Source of the DNA: Minisyncoccia bacterium
GTDB lineage: Bacteria; Patescibacteriota; Minisyncoccia; Phycocordibacterales; UBA9973
DNA length: 64,000 bases
Assembly: GCA_038249055.1 (NCBI GenBank)
Contig: JBBRWS010000004.1
Coordinates: forward strand, 17,939-81,938
Reading direction: 5' to 3'
Made by a program: the position numbers and the translations under genes. Shown one piece after another: positions 47,113-56,720 of the stretch. Position 1 is the stretch's first letter. Each line of letters begins with the position of its first letter. The notes beneath the pieces are model-generated. The model saw only the letters and a program-made list of their open reading frames with translations. It had not been told where the DNA came from and did no database searches.

Positions 47113-48495
47113 TTAAAATTGGTCCATTCCGCTAGTTTGAGGTGAACTATAATTATTATTTGATTTATCTATAGACATAAATGTTGTTGATTTTTCATCA
47201 AAGTAAAGATCGACTTTACCAACAGGTCCATTTCGATGTTTTTCAATTAATATTTCAGCAATATTTGTTTTTTCACTTTCGTCTTTTCCTTTATCTTCAC
47301 GATGGATAAACATTACAATATCAGCATCTTGTTCAATAGAACCAGAATCACGAAGGTCGGATAAACGAGGGCGACCACCACGAGATTCAACTGCACGAGA
47401 AAGTTGGGAAAGTGCAATAACCGGAACATCAAACTCTTTTGCAAGTGCTTTAAGAGAACGGGAAATTTCAGTGACTTGGTTTACCATATTGTCATAGTTC
47501 TTTGATGTAGACATTAACTGTAAATAGTCAACAATAATTAAACCAATACCATGCTCTGCTCTAATACGGCGACAAACCGAACGCATTCTTATAATAGAGT
47601 TGCCAGCAAGGTCATCCACAAAAATAGGAGCTTTTGCTAATGCATCAAGAGAATCACGAATTTTTGAAAATTCTCCATCAGATGATAGATTTCCAGTTCT
47701 TAAATTCCATGCGTTAACTTTTGATTGTGCGGCTAGAAGTCTATCAACCAATTGTTGAGTGCTCATTTCGAGAGAAAAGATAACAGTAGGAGTGCCATGA
47801 TTTAGCGCTGCTTGACGAGCAATATCGAGAGCAAGAGTTGTTTTACCCATAGAAGGTCGTGCAGCAAGAATAATCAAATCTGATTTTTGAAGACCGGAAA
47901 GATATTGATCTAAATCATGAAATCCCGTGGGTACGCCTCGTAGCTCACCTTTATTTTCATGAAGTTTTTCCAAACGTTCCCAAGCTTCTGGTAAACTATC
48001 TTTTAGAGATTGAAATGCATGACTACTAGTATTATTATTAATACCCATCATTTTTTTCTCAGCCTGATCGAGAATTTCAAAAACATCTTCTACATCATCT
48101 CTAAAACCAAGCTCTGAAATATGATCTCCTGCTTCAATAATTTTTCTTAAAATATTTTTTTTAGTTACTATATCAGAATAATATTTTATATTTGTAGAGG
48201 CAGGAACAGAATTAGTTAATTCACTTAAATAACTACTTCCTCCGATTTGGTCAAGTAATCCTTTTTCTTCAAGTTTGTGAGACATTGATAATATATCAAT
48301 TGGTTCACCCTTACTTGAAAGTTCAAGCATTATTTTATAAATTTGTGCATGCTTTGTAGCATAAAATGATTCTGTACTTATAATGTCATTAATTTCATGG
48401 ATTGCACCAGGTCGGAGCATTATAGAACCTAATATAGCTTTTTCTGCATCAATACTTTGCGGTGGTACTCTTAGTTTTGTTTTTTTGTCTGTCAT
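47113..48495 (-). CDS. dnaB: replicative DNA helicase DnaB
   Basis: PPQSIDAEKAILGSIM and Walker A ARPSMGKTTLALDIA. Confidence 0.95.
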   Translation of the reverse strand: MTDKKTKLRVPPQSIDAEKAILGSIMLRPGAIHEINDIISTESFYATKHAQIYKIMLELSSKGEPIDILSMSHKLEEKGLLDQIGGSSYLSELTNSVPASTNIKYYSDIVTKKNILRKIIEAGDHISELGFRDDVEDVFEILDQAEKKMMGINNNTSSHAFQSLKDSLPEAWERLEKLHENKGELRGVPTGFHDLDQYLSGLQKSDLIILAARPSMGKTTLALDIARQAALNHGTPTVIFSLEMSTQQLVDRLLAAQSKVNAWNLRTGNLSSDGEFSKIRDSLDALAKAPIFVDDLAGNSIIRMRSVCRRIRAEHGIGLIIVDYLQLMSTSKNYDNMVNQVTEISRSLKALAKEFDVPVIALSQLSRAVESRGGRPRLSDLRDSGSIEQDADIVMFIHREDKGKDESEKTNIAEILIEKHRNGPVGKVDLYFDEKSTTFMSIDKSNNNYSSPQTSGMDQF

Positions 48496-48620
48496 CCCGT
48501 TAGAAGTAGATAATCTTTAGATTATCGTACATAAAATTAAATAATAATGAGGAAATTTACCAAAATTTAACAACATCCTCATTTAGAAAATTACATGCAT
48601 AACTTCTAACGGGATCATGA
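48496..48620 (-). promoter_or_regulatory. structured 5' leader of dnaB with nested inverted repeats
   Basis: cccgttagaagt (48496-48507) pairs with acttctaacggg (48604-48615). An inner pair atgagga / tcctcat is also present. Confidence 0.35.
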
Positions 48621-48837
48621 GAGTTATTGTATCATCAATTTAGTTTACCCGAAACTTGATTATTCTAATAAATATGTGCGTAAAATGTGCAAAACTATTT
48701 GTTATTTGGTATTATATAGGTCATGAATAAAAGATTATTATCGGGAATAAAACCATCCGGAGCAAAAAAAGCTAAAATTATTGCAGTGGATAAAATAAAA
48801 ATTATTAGAAATAATATCAGAATAAATATTTAAATTT

Positions 48838-49050
48838 ATGAAATATATTTTCGCTCTTATTCTCTTAATACTTAATCTTGTCGCTGTACCTTTGAATATT
48901 CTTTATATGAAAGTTCAAAAATGGTATTTACCAATGTGGAAAAAAGATAAAGTTATTTATTTTGCTTTCGCACCCTTTTATTGGATACTTGTTGGATTAA
49001 CCTTTGCTTTTGGATACCCATGTGACATATTAGCAAGGCTTGTTCATTAA
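48838..49050 (+). CDS. hypothetical small membrane protein (2 TM)
   Basis: Hydrophobic ORF. Weak support. Confidence 0.3.
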   Translation: MKYIFALILLILNLVAVPLNILYMKVQKWYLPMWKKDKVIYFAFAPFYWILVGLTFAFGYPCDILARLVH

Positions 49051-49064
49051 AATTTTACTTGTAA

Positions 49065-49268
49065 ATTTATCTGTGATATTATAAGAAAGTAGCCATTGAT
49101 CCAGATGACACTGGGGAGGCGAGAGAAGAAAGCCTTTTGGTAAGTAGAACTCTCCGTTAATCTGCGTAAAAGATTACGAATTAAGTTATAAAGTAGGGTG
49201 GCACCGCGAACCAAAAATCGCCCCTGCAAATTTATCAATTAGATAAGTTTGAAGAGGCGATTTTTTGT
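49065..49268 (+). promoter_or_regulatory. T-box riboswitch leader (Asp specifier GAC) preceding aspS
   Basis: T-box sequence agtagGGTGGcACCGCG at 49192-49208. GAC lies in the stem I specifier region (49107-49109). AGAGA motif at about 49122. Terminator atcgcc...ggcgatttttt at 49214-49267. Confidence 0.75.
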
Positions 49269-49325
49269 ACCAATAATGATATAATAAATTATTGAAACAT
49301 TTAAACACAACTTCAACATTTTTTT

Positions 49326-50675
49326 ATGAAAGACAGAATTTATATAAAAGAATTAAGTAAACACACTGGCGAAGAAGTTACAATTGCTGGATGGGTGGAT
49401 GTTCGTCGTGACCAGGGAAAAATGATTTTCTTAGATTTTCGTGACATGACAGGAAAAGTACAAGGTGTTATTTTGCCTAACTATATTGAAACTTTAGAAG
49501 TAGGAAAAACTTTACGTAATGAATTTGTTGTTAAAATAAAAGGTAAAGTAAACGAAAGACCCGAAAGAAACAAAAAAGCCGGTATTCTTAATGGGGATAT
49601 CGAACTTGAAATATTGGAAATAATAGTTTTGGCTGAAGCTGCGCCACTTCCTTTTGATATGTCAGTGGATGGATACAACCTAGAACTAAGTACGGAATTA
49701 GATAACAGAGCATTAGTTTTAAGACAACCAAAAGTACAAGCAATATTTAAAGTTAGCGAAACTATAATAGATTCATTTAGAGATTTTATGAAAAGTAATA
49801 TGTTTTTTGAATTTCAAGCACCTTCAATGGTTCCAGCAACTGCTGAAGGAGGAGCGGAGGTTTTTCAAATAGATTATTTTGGGAAAAAAGCGTTTCTATC
49901 TCAATCACCACAACTTTATAAACAAATTGTAATGTCTGCATTTGAAAGATGTTTTTCTGTAAATAAAGTTTTTCGTGCTGAACCATCTTCCACAACAAGA
50001 CATATCACTGAAATAGTTTGTTTAGATGCTGAAATGGGTTTTATAGATTCCTGGACTGATATACGCGATATGGCAGAAGAAACAGTAAGACATATTTTGA
50101 AACAAGTGGAAACAAAAAATGCAGATCATCTCAAAATGTTAAATGTTGAAATGCCAGTTATGATAGACAAAACTCCTACCTATTCACTTCGAGAAGTTCA
50201 ACAAAAGATTTTCGAATACAATGGACGGGACAACAGAGGAGACAAAGACACAAATCCACAAGATGAAAGAGAAATATGTGAAATTGTAAAAAAGGAAACT
50301 GGTTCAGATTTCGTATTTATTTACGGATACCCAACTCGTAAAAAACCTTTTTATGTTTATCCAAATCCAAACGAACCAGAATACAATGAAGGAGTAGACC
50401 TTATTTGTCGTGGAGTAGAATGGCTCTCAGGAGGAAGAAGAATAAATAATTATGACCAACTTATGGAGCATGTAAAGATTTGGGGTATGGATCCTGATAA
50501 AATTAAAATGTTTTTGGAAGCATTTAAATACGGTGTTCCACCTGAAGGAGGATTTGCTTTTGGAGCAGAGCGTATTACTATGCAATTATTGGGCTTAAAA
50601 AACATTCGTGAAGCATGTATGTTTCCAAGAGATATGAATAGAATTGATGAAAGATTAAGTGAAGAAGGTTATTAA
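49326..50675 (+). CDS. aspS: aspartyl-tRNA synthetase, archaeal/short type (449 aa)
   Basis: Class II motifs FRAEPSSTTRHITEI and GFAFGAERI. There is no bacterial GAD insertion. Confidence 0.9.
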   Translation: MKDRIYIKELSKHTGEEVTIAGWVDVRRDQGKMIFLDFRDMTGKVQGVILPNYIETLEVGKTLRNEFVVKIKGKVNERPERNKKAGILNGDIELEILEIIVLAEAAPLPFDMSVDGYNLELSTELDNRALVLRQPKVQAIFKVSETIIDSFRDFMKSNMFFEFQAPSMVPATAEGGAEVFQIDYFGKKAFLSQSPQLYKQIVMSAFERCFSVNKVFRAEPSSTTRHITEIVCLDAEMGFIDSWTDIRDMAEETVRHILKQVETKNADHLKMLNVEMPVMIDKTPTYSLREVQQKIFEYNGRDNRGDKDTNPQDEREICEIVKKETGSDFVFIYGYPTRKKPFYVYPNPNEPEYNEGVDLICRGVEWLSGGRRINNYDQLMEHVKIWGMDPDKIKMFLEAFKYGVPPEGGFAFGAERITMQLLGLKNIREACMFPRDMNRIDERLSEEGY

Positions 50676-50688
50676 TTAATATAAACTT

Positions 50689-51141
50689 ATGGATGATTGT
50701 ATATTTTGTAAAATATTAAAAGGTGAAATTCACTCATATAAAATATGGGAGGATGAAAAACATTTAGCCTTTTTAACTATATATCCCAACACTACTGGTG
50801 CTACAGTTGTCATAACAAAAGAACATCACGAAAGTTATGCTTTTGATGCTTCAGACGAAGTATTGTCTAGTTTAATTTTAGCTTCAAAAAAAGTTGCTCT
50901 TCTTCTTGATAAAAAATTTGAAGACGTAGGACGTACAGCTATGGTTTTGGAAGGTTACGGCGTAAATCATTTACATTCAAAACTTTTTCCAATGCATGGA
51001 ACTACAAAAAATGAATGGAGTCATATAGCTTCAAATGTTGACAAATTTTTTGATAAATATGAAGGTTATATTTCATCACATAATTATAAAAGAGCAGATG
51101 ATGAGTGGCTAGTGGAAATAGCGAGGAAAATTAAAGAATAA
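50689..51141 (+). CDS. HIT-family hydrolase
   Basis: CIFCKI N-terminus and the histidine triad region VNHLHSKLFPMHG. Confidence 0.75.
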   Translation: MDDCIFCKILKGEIHSYKIWEDEKHLAFLTIYPNTTGATVVITKEHHESYAFDASDEVLSSLILASKKVALLLDKKFEDVGRTAMVLEGYGVNHLHSKLFPMHGTTKNEWSHIASNVDKFFDKYEGYISSHNYKRADDEWLVEIARKIKE

Positions 51142-51143
51142 TA

Positions 51144-51917
51144 ATGCAAGAGACATATTCACCATATCAAATACGACAGGGGACATTTGAGGGGCCTTTA
51201 GAATTACTTCTTTCTCTTATAGAACAAAGAAAGCTTTTTGTTAATGAAATTTCTTTAGCTGAAGTAACCAATGACTATATTTCTTACATAAAATCTTTAT
51301 CTGACGTACCAACAGATAAACATATCGCTGATGTTTCTTATTTTATTTTAATAGCAGCGACCCTAATATTAATTAAATCTAAATCTCTTTTACCCAATTT
51401 ATCTCTTACCGACGATGAAACGGAAAAAATTGTTGATCTTGAAGCACGTTTAAAATTATTTAAAGTTATAAAGGAAGCTAGCATTGAAATAGGAAATAAT
51501 TTTGGTATTAAAATAATTTTTATGCCAAATGAACGTATTTGGAGTGAACCACTTTTCTCTCCTGATGCATTAATTACACAAGATAGCATGTTTGTATCAA
51601 TATCTGAGGTTCTCACTCATATTCCAAAGAGAACTGAAAAACTACCAGAAATAGAGATAAAAAAGATAATAAACATAGATGAAATAATAAATAATTTAAC
51701 AGAAAGAATTCAAGGAGCAATTAATTTATCTTTTAAAAAATTTACCGAGAGTAGCGGAGCTGAAAATCAAGAAGAGGCAAAAGTTCATGTTATTATTTCG
51801 TTCCTTGCTATGTTAGAATTGGTCAGAGAGGGAATAATCGATGTTATACAAAATTCCTCTTTTGGAGACATAGAGATTAACAGACAATTAAATGAAGATG
51901 TCTCACCAAGCATTTAG
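51144..51917 (+). CDS. scpA: segregation and condensation protein A
   Basis: FEGPLELLLSLIEQRKLFVNEISLAEVTNDYISYI. Confidence 0.8.
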   Translation: MQETYSPYQIRQGTFEGPLELLLSLIEQRKLFVNEISLAEVTNDYISYIKSLSDVPTDKHIADVSYFILIAATLILIKSKSLLPNLSLTDDETEKIVDLEARLKLFKVIKEASIEIGNNFGIKIIFMPNERIWSEPLFSPDALITQDSMFVSISEVLTHIPKRTEKLPEIEIKKIINIDEIINNLTERIQGAINLSFKKFTESSGAENQEEAKVHVIISFLAMLELVREGIIDVIQNSSFGDIEINRQLNEDVSPSI

Positions 51918-51950
51918 TAAAATAATCTACTGAGTATAAAATTAAATTAT

Positions 51951-52496
51951 ATGCAAACAAAATTAGAATCAAAAATTGAAGGCTTACTTTTTTATAAAGG
52001 CGAAGATGTCCAGATTAAAATTTTGGCTCAACTTTTAAAAGTAAGTGAGGAAGAAATAGAAGAAGCCTTAAAAAAATTGGAATCATCGCTCACAGATCGT
52101 GGACTAGTTCTTGTAAGAAAAGATGATTCTGTTGTTCTCGGAATAACAGGTGAACTAAGTCCTCTCATAGAATCTATACGTAAAGATGAAATTACAAAAG
52201 AACTGACCAAATCATCTTTGGAAACTTTATCTATTGTTCTATATAAAAATGGTGTGTCTCGTAGTGAAGTAGATTATATTAGAGGAGTAAATTCAAGTTT
52301 TATTCTTCGCAACTTGCTTGTACGTGGTTTAATAGAAAAAATAATTGACCCGAAAGATAGCAGGAGAGTACTTTATCGACCAACATTTGATACATTATCA
52401 TTTATGGGAGTTTCATCTATAGATCAATTACCTAAATATAATGAGGTGAGAAATCAATTACAAGAAGTAATTAATCAAGAAGCAAAAAATGACTAA
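51951..52496 (+). CDS. scpB: segregation and condensation protein B
   Basis: IEGLLFYKGEDVQIKILAQLLKVSEEEIEEAL is the ScpB winged-helix N-terminus. Confidence 0.8.
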   Translation: MQTKLESKIEGLLFYKGEDVQIKILAQLLKVSEEEIEEALKKLESSLTDRGLVLVRKDDSVVLGITGELSPLIESIRKDEITKELTKSSLETLSIVLYKNGVSRSEVDYIRGVNSSFILRNLLVRGLIEKIIDPKDSRRVLYRPTFDTLSFMGVSSIDQLPKYNEVRNQLQEVINQEAKND

Positions 52497-53547
52497 TGCT
52501 TTAAAAATTTTTATCCCAGCAACAATAAGTTTTATTATTGGGATACTTCTGACTCCGATCGCAACACACTATTTTTTTAAATATAAAATGTGGAGACGAA
52601 CTTCAAGGAATGATAATATCGCTTCAGCAAATTTAACTGGATTTGCTAAAATTCACGATGAGCATGCAGAAGTATCAACTCCTCGTACCGGCGGAATGAT
52701 AATATGGATAGCAGTTATTTTAACCATTGCTATTATATGGTTCATTGATTTAATTTTTCAAAATAGTTTAAGTAATAAATTATATTTTATAAGTCGAAAT
52801 CAAACATTGCTACCATTTTTTGCTTTAATAATTGCTTCATTGGTTGGTCTTGGAGATGATTTCTTACAAATTTTTGGTCGTGGTAAATGGACTACAGACC
52901 CAATAATTTTACGATATATAAAAATAGGAATTATTTTACTATTAGGAACTGTAATTTCTTTTTGGTTTTATTTTAAACTAGGAGTAACTGATATTTATAT
53001 TCCTTGGTATGGATTTGTCTATTTGGGTTATTTTTTTATTCCGTTCTTTATACTTGTAATGCTTTCACTTTGGTCTTCAAGTGTGATAGACGGTATTGAC
53101 GGTCTTTCGGGAGGAGTTATGGCTTCTATTTTTATGGCTTATACATTGATTTCTTTTTTTAATAATCAATTAGATATTGCTGCCTTTTGCGCTGTAATAA
53201 CTGGAGGTATAATGGCATTTTTATGGTTTAATATTCCTCCAGCTCGTTTCTATATGGGTGAAACTGGGATGATAGGTCTTACTGTGACTCTTTCTGTTAT
53301 CTCTTTTATGACGGATACTGTTCTACTTCTTCCTATTATCGCATTTCCACTTTTCATAACATCTCTGTCTAATATAATACAAATGTTATCTAGAAAATTT
53401 AGAAATGGTAAAAAAGTATTTTTATTTGCACCACTTCATCATCATTTTGAAGCATTAGGATGGCCAAAATACAAAGTTACAATGAGATATTGGATCGTAG
53501 GTATTATGACATCAATAATTGGAGTAATTATTTCATTAATTAATTAA
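52489..53547 (+). CDS. mraY: phospho-N-acetylmuramoyl-pentapeptide transferase
   Basis: GLGDDFLQIFGRGKW, DGIDGLSGG and PLHHHFEALGWPK. Confidence 0.8.
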   Translation: MTNALKIFIPATISFIIGILLTPIATHYFFKYKMWRRTSRNDNIASANLTGFAKIHDEHAEVSTPRTGGMIIWIAVILTIAIIWFIDLIFQNSLSNKLYFISRNQTLLPFFALIIASLVGLGDDFLQIFGRGKWTTDPIILRYIKIGIILLLGTVISFWFYFKLGVTDIYIPWYGFVYLGYFFIPFFILVMLSLWSSSVIDGIDGLSGGVMASIFMAYTLISFFNNQLDIAAFCAVITGGIMAFLWFNIPPARFYMGETGMIGLTVTLSVISFMTDTVLLLPIIAFPLFITSLSNIIQMLSRKFRNGKKVFLFAPLHHHFEALGWPKYKVTMRYWIVGIMTSIIGVIISLIN

Positions 53548-53625
53548 GATTATTAATACAGTTAGATAGGTGCCTATTATTATTTAAAGACAATTACTAA
53601 TATCTATGATTCGAAATTTGACTAG

Positions 53626-54741
53626 ATGAAAAAATACAGTATTGATAAAATTTTTTTGGGGATAGTTATAGCTCTTGTAGTTATTGGATTAATTACATTT
53701 ACTTCCGCTTCATTAGGAATACTTGCAAAAAATGAAACCAAATTCTACGGTGTTATTTTCGGACAATTTGTATTTGGTTTTTTGGGTGGCATAATAGCAT
53801 TATTTATTGGTCTTAAAATTCCTCTGAAATTATTAAAACAATATTCTTTAATATTATTTATTATATCTATTATATTAACAGGGTTAGTCTTCATCCCTGG
53901 AATAGGACAGTCTCACGGAGGAGCTCGTAGATGGGTAGATATTTTAGGTTATTCTTTTCAACCTGTTGAATTTTTAAAAATAGGATTTATTATTTATTTT
54001 GCAGCTTGGCTTTCTTGGGTAAAAGGAAAAGTAAAAGATCCACTTTTTAGTATTTTACCTCTTATTATATTTTTAGGAATTATTGCAACTGTTCTACTCA
54101 AGCAACCAGATACAAAGAGTTTAATTCTTATTACTATTACAGCTCTAATAATGTTATTTGTTTCTGGAACTCCTATAAAATATATTCTAGGATTTTTTGG
54201 AATAGCAATAATAGCATTCGCAATTTTAGTATCATTCCAACCGTATTTAAAAGAAAGAGTTAATACTTTTCTAAATCCTAGTGAAAATAGCCAAGGATCA
54301 TCGTATCAGCTACAACAATCATTAATAGCTGTTGGGTCAGGTGGAATATTTGGTAGAGGTCTTGGTCAAAGTATTCAAAAATTTAACTACCTTCCTGAAC
54401 CTCAAGGTGATTCTATCTTTGCTGTTATAGGAGAAGAATTAGGATTTGTAGGGTGCACCGTATTAATTTTATTATATATCTCTTTTGCTATGAGAGGATT
54501 TAGAATTGCAATCAGAAATGCACCTGATTCATTCAGTAAACTTGTTGTAATAGGATTTATTACTATTATTACAGCTCAGTCATTCATGAATATAGCTTCT
54601 ATAATAGGAGTTTTTCCTTTAACTGGAGTTCCTCTTGTATTCATTTCACATGGTGGAACTGCACTATTGTTATCTTTAGGAATGATGGGAATCATTCTAA
54701 ATATTTCTCGTTTTCAAAGTAAACTAGCAATAGATAAATAA
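53626..54741 (+). CDS. ftsW: shape, elongation, division and sporulation (SEDS) family peptidoglycan polymerase FtsW/RodA
   Basis: FQPVEFLKIGFIIY, SIFAVIGEELGF and the multi-TM profile. Confidence 0.85.
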   Translation: MKKYSIDKIFLGIVIALVVIGLITFTSASLGILAKNETKFYGVIFGQFVFGFLGGIIALFIGLKIPLKLLKQYSLILFIISIILTGLVFIPGIGQSHGGARRWVDILGYSFQPVEFLKIGFIIYFAAWLSWVKGKVKDPLFSILPLIIFLGIIATVLLKQPDTKSLILITITALIMLFVSGTPIKYILGFFGIAIIAFAILVSFQPYLKERVNTFLNPSENSQGSSYQLQQSLIAVGSGGIFGRGLGQSIQKFNYLPEPQGDSIFAVIGEELGFVGCTVLILLYISFAMRGFRIAIRNAPDSFSKLVVIGFITIITAQSFMNIASIIGVFPLTGVPLVFISHGGTALLLSLGMMGIILNISRFQSKLAIDK

Positions 54742-54863
54742 AAACAATCATTAGACTAGTTTTTAAATACCAATATAGAACATTAAATTAGATTGACAAT
54801 CTATGTATATTGTTGTAATATATAAGAAAATTCTTTAAAAAATTCAACTAAAAAATTATAAAA

Positions 54864-55313
54864 ATGAGAACATTTAACTCTAATTATTTATTTTTACCTT
54901 CTTGGTTTCAACACCTAAAAGAAATTGAAGTAATAAATTTAAAGGTGGGCAATCTAATTACTCTTGAAACAGTTGATGCATGCAAGACTTCATTAATAAA
55001 AAAAGAAATTCTTTACAAGGTTACTAAAATTGAAGAAGTTTCTGAACATTTAGTAATTTCTTTTAATTTTTATGGAATTTTGGAATGGAAAATGGTTTCA
55101 ATGTTTATTAAAAAATTATTTTTTGGAACTTTTCCATATTCGTATGGACCAAAAACTGACGTTGTGATTTCATTTTGCCAAGATTCTCCTGACTGGAATT
55201 CAAAAACTGTTGAACTTTACAAAAAATCTGACAAGATAAAACAAATTAATAAATTTATGCAAATAAACAACATTCTTTTGATTAGAAAACAAGTTACAAA
55301 AGCCAGCAATTAA
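54864..55313 (+). CDS. hypothetical protein
   Basis: An ORF followed by a strong terminator. Confidence 0.4.
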   Translation: MRTFNSNYLFLPSWFQHLKEIEVINLKVGNLITLETVDACKTSLIKKEILYKVTKIEEVSEHLVISFNFYGILEWKMVSMFIKKLFFGTFPYSYGPKTDVVISFCQDSPDWNSKTVELYKKSDKIKQINKFMQINNILLIRKQVTKASN

Positions 55314-55333
55314 TCATTGTTAGTTATTTAATC

Positions 55334-55372
55334 AAAAAAAACCTATATGCTCCCATGCATATAGGTTTTTTT
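55334..55372 (+). terminator. rho-independent terminator
   Basis: aacctatatgc tcccat gcatataggtt ttttt. Confidence 0.85.
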
Positions 55373-55535
55373 ACTAGAAATATATGTACAAATACGTTAT
55401 AATTAACTCATATGAATCCCGTTAGAGATGTGCTTGTTATGGTATACGGGATAGATATAAATATCGATAAGGTTTATATTATTATAATTAATTTATAAGG
55501 TACGGAAGTCTAATGACTTCCTATCTCAAACAGGG

Positions 55536-56666
55536 ATGAAAATATTACTTACAGGAGGTGGTACAGGGGGGCATTTTTATCCTCTGATAGCAATAGCTGA
55601 AAAACTTGTTGAAGTTGCAGATAAACAAAAGATTATTGATCTTAAACTTTATTACATGTCCGATAAACCATATGATAAACGTATACTTTTTGAAAATAAG
55701 ATAACATTTGTTCAAATACCTTCAGGTAAGATGCGTACTTATTTTTCTATCCAGAATTTTTTTGATATTTTTAAGACTATTACTGGAGCTTTTTTTGGTC
55801 TTCTTAGTATGTATTTTATTTATCCAGATGTTGTTATATCAAAAGGTGGGTATGCAGCATTTCCAGCTGTTTTAGCTGCTAAATTATTAAGAATCCCTGT
55901 AATAGTTCATGAATCTGATTCATATCCAGGAAGATTAAATATTTGGACTGCAAAATTTGCATTACATGTTGCAATCTCTTGGCCAGAAGCTTCAGAATAT
56001 TTACCTGAATCAAAAACTGCTCTAACCGGCCAACCTATTCGTAGGGAAATTTTACATGGTGATCCAAACGGAGCACATGATTTCTTTAAACTTAGCCCTG
56101 ACCTTCCCACTATACTTATTTTAGGTGGTTCTCAAGGTGCACAAACAATAAATGATATCGTTGTAGATACATTACCCGAACTTCTTTCTAGGTATCAAAT
56201 TATTCATCAAACGGGGATTAAAAATATTGAAGAAGTTAAATCACGTTCTAATTTACTTTTGGATAAAAATCCCAACATATCAAGATATGTACCAATCCCA
56301 TATTTAAATAATCTGGCCACAAGAATGGCAGCGGGCTGTTCAAATCTTGTAGTTTCTCGTGCTGGTTCAGCTATTTTTGAAATTGCATCATGGGGTATTC
56401 CATCAATAATTATACCTATTACCAATTCTAATGGTGATCACCAAAGAAAAAATGCATATAATTATGCAAGAAGCGGTTCATGTGAAGTGATAGAAGAGGG
56501 TAATTTAACTTCACATTTATTTGTTTCAGAAGTAGATAAATTATTTTCATTACCACAAAAACTTACCAAAATGAAAGAAAATGCTTTAGCATTTTCTTCA
56601 CCACTTGCAGCTGAAAAAATAGCTCAATCTGCAATAAATTTAGCTTTAACACATTACCAACAATAA
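55536..56666 (+). CDS. murG: UDP-GlcNAc:undecaprenyl-PP-MurNAc-pentapeptide GlcNAc transferase
   Basis: MKILLTGGGTGGHFYPLIAIAEKL. Confidence 0.9.
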   Translation: MKILLTGGGTGGHFYPLIAIAEKLVEVADKQKIIDLKLYYMSDKPYDKRILFENKITFVQIPSGKMRTYFSIQNFFDIFKTITGAFFGLLSMYFIYPDVVISKGGYAAFPAVLAAKLLRIPVIVHESDSYPGRLNIWTAKFALHVAISWPEASEYLPESKTALTGQPIRREILHGDPNGAHDFFKLSPDLPTILILGGSQGAQTINDIVVDTLPELLSRYQIIHQTGIKNIEEVKSRSNLLLDKNPNISRYVPIPYLNNLATRMAAGCSNLVVSRAGSAIFEIASWGIPSIIIPITNSNGDHQRKNAYNYARSGSCEVIEEGNLTSHLFVSEVDKLFSLPQKLTKMKENALAFSSPLAAEKIAQSAINLALTHYQQ

Positions 56667-56720
56667 TCCTTGCAATGTATTAAATTAGACAAAAGTATTA
56701 ATAAATAGTATAGATTAAAT

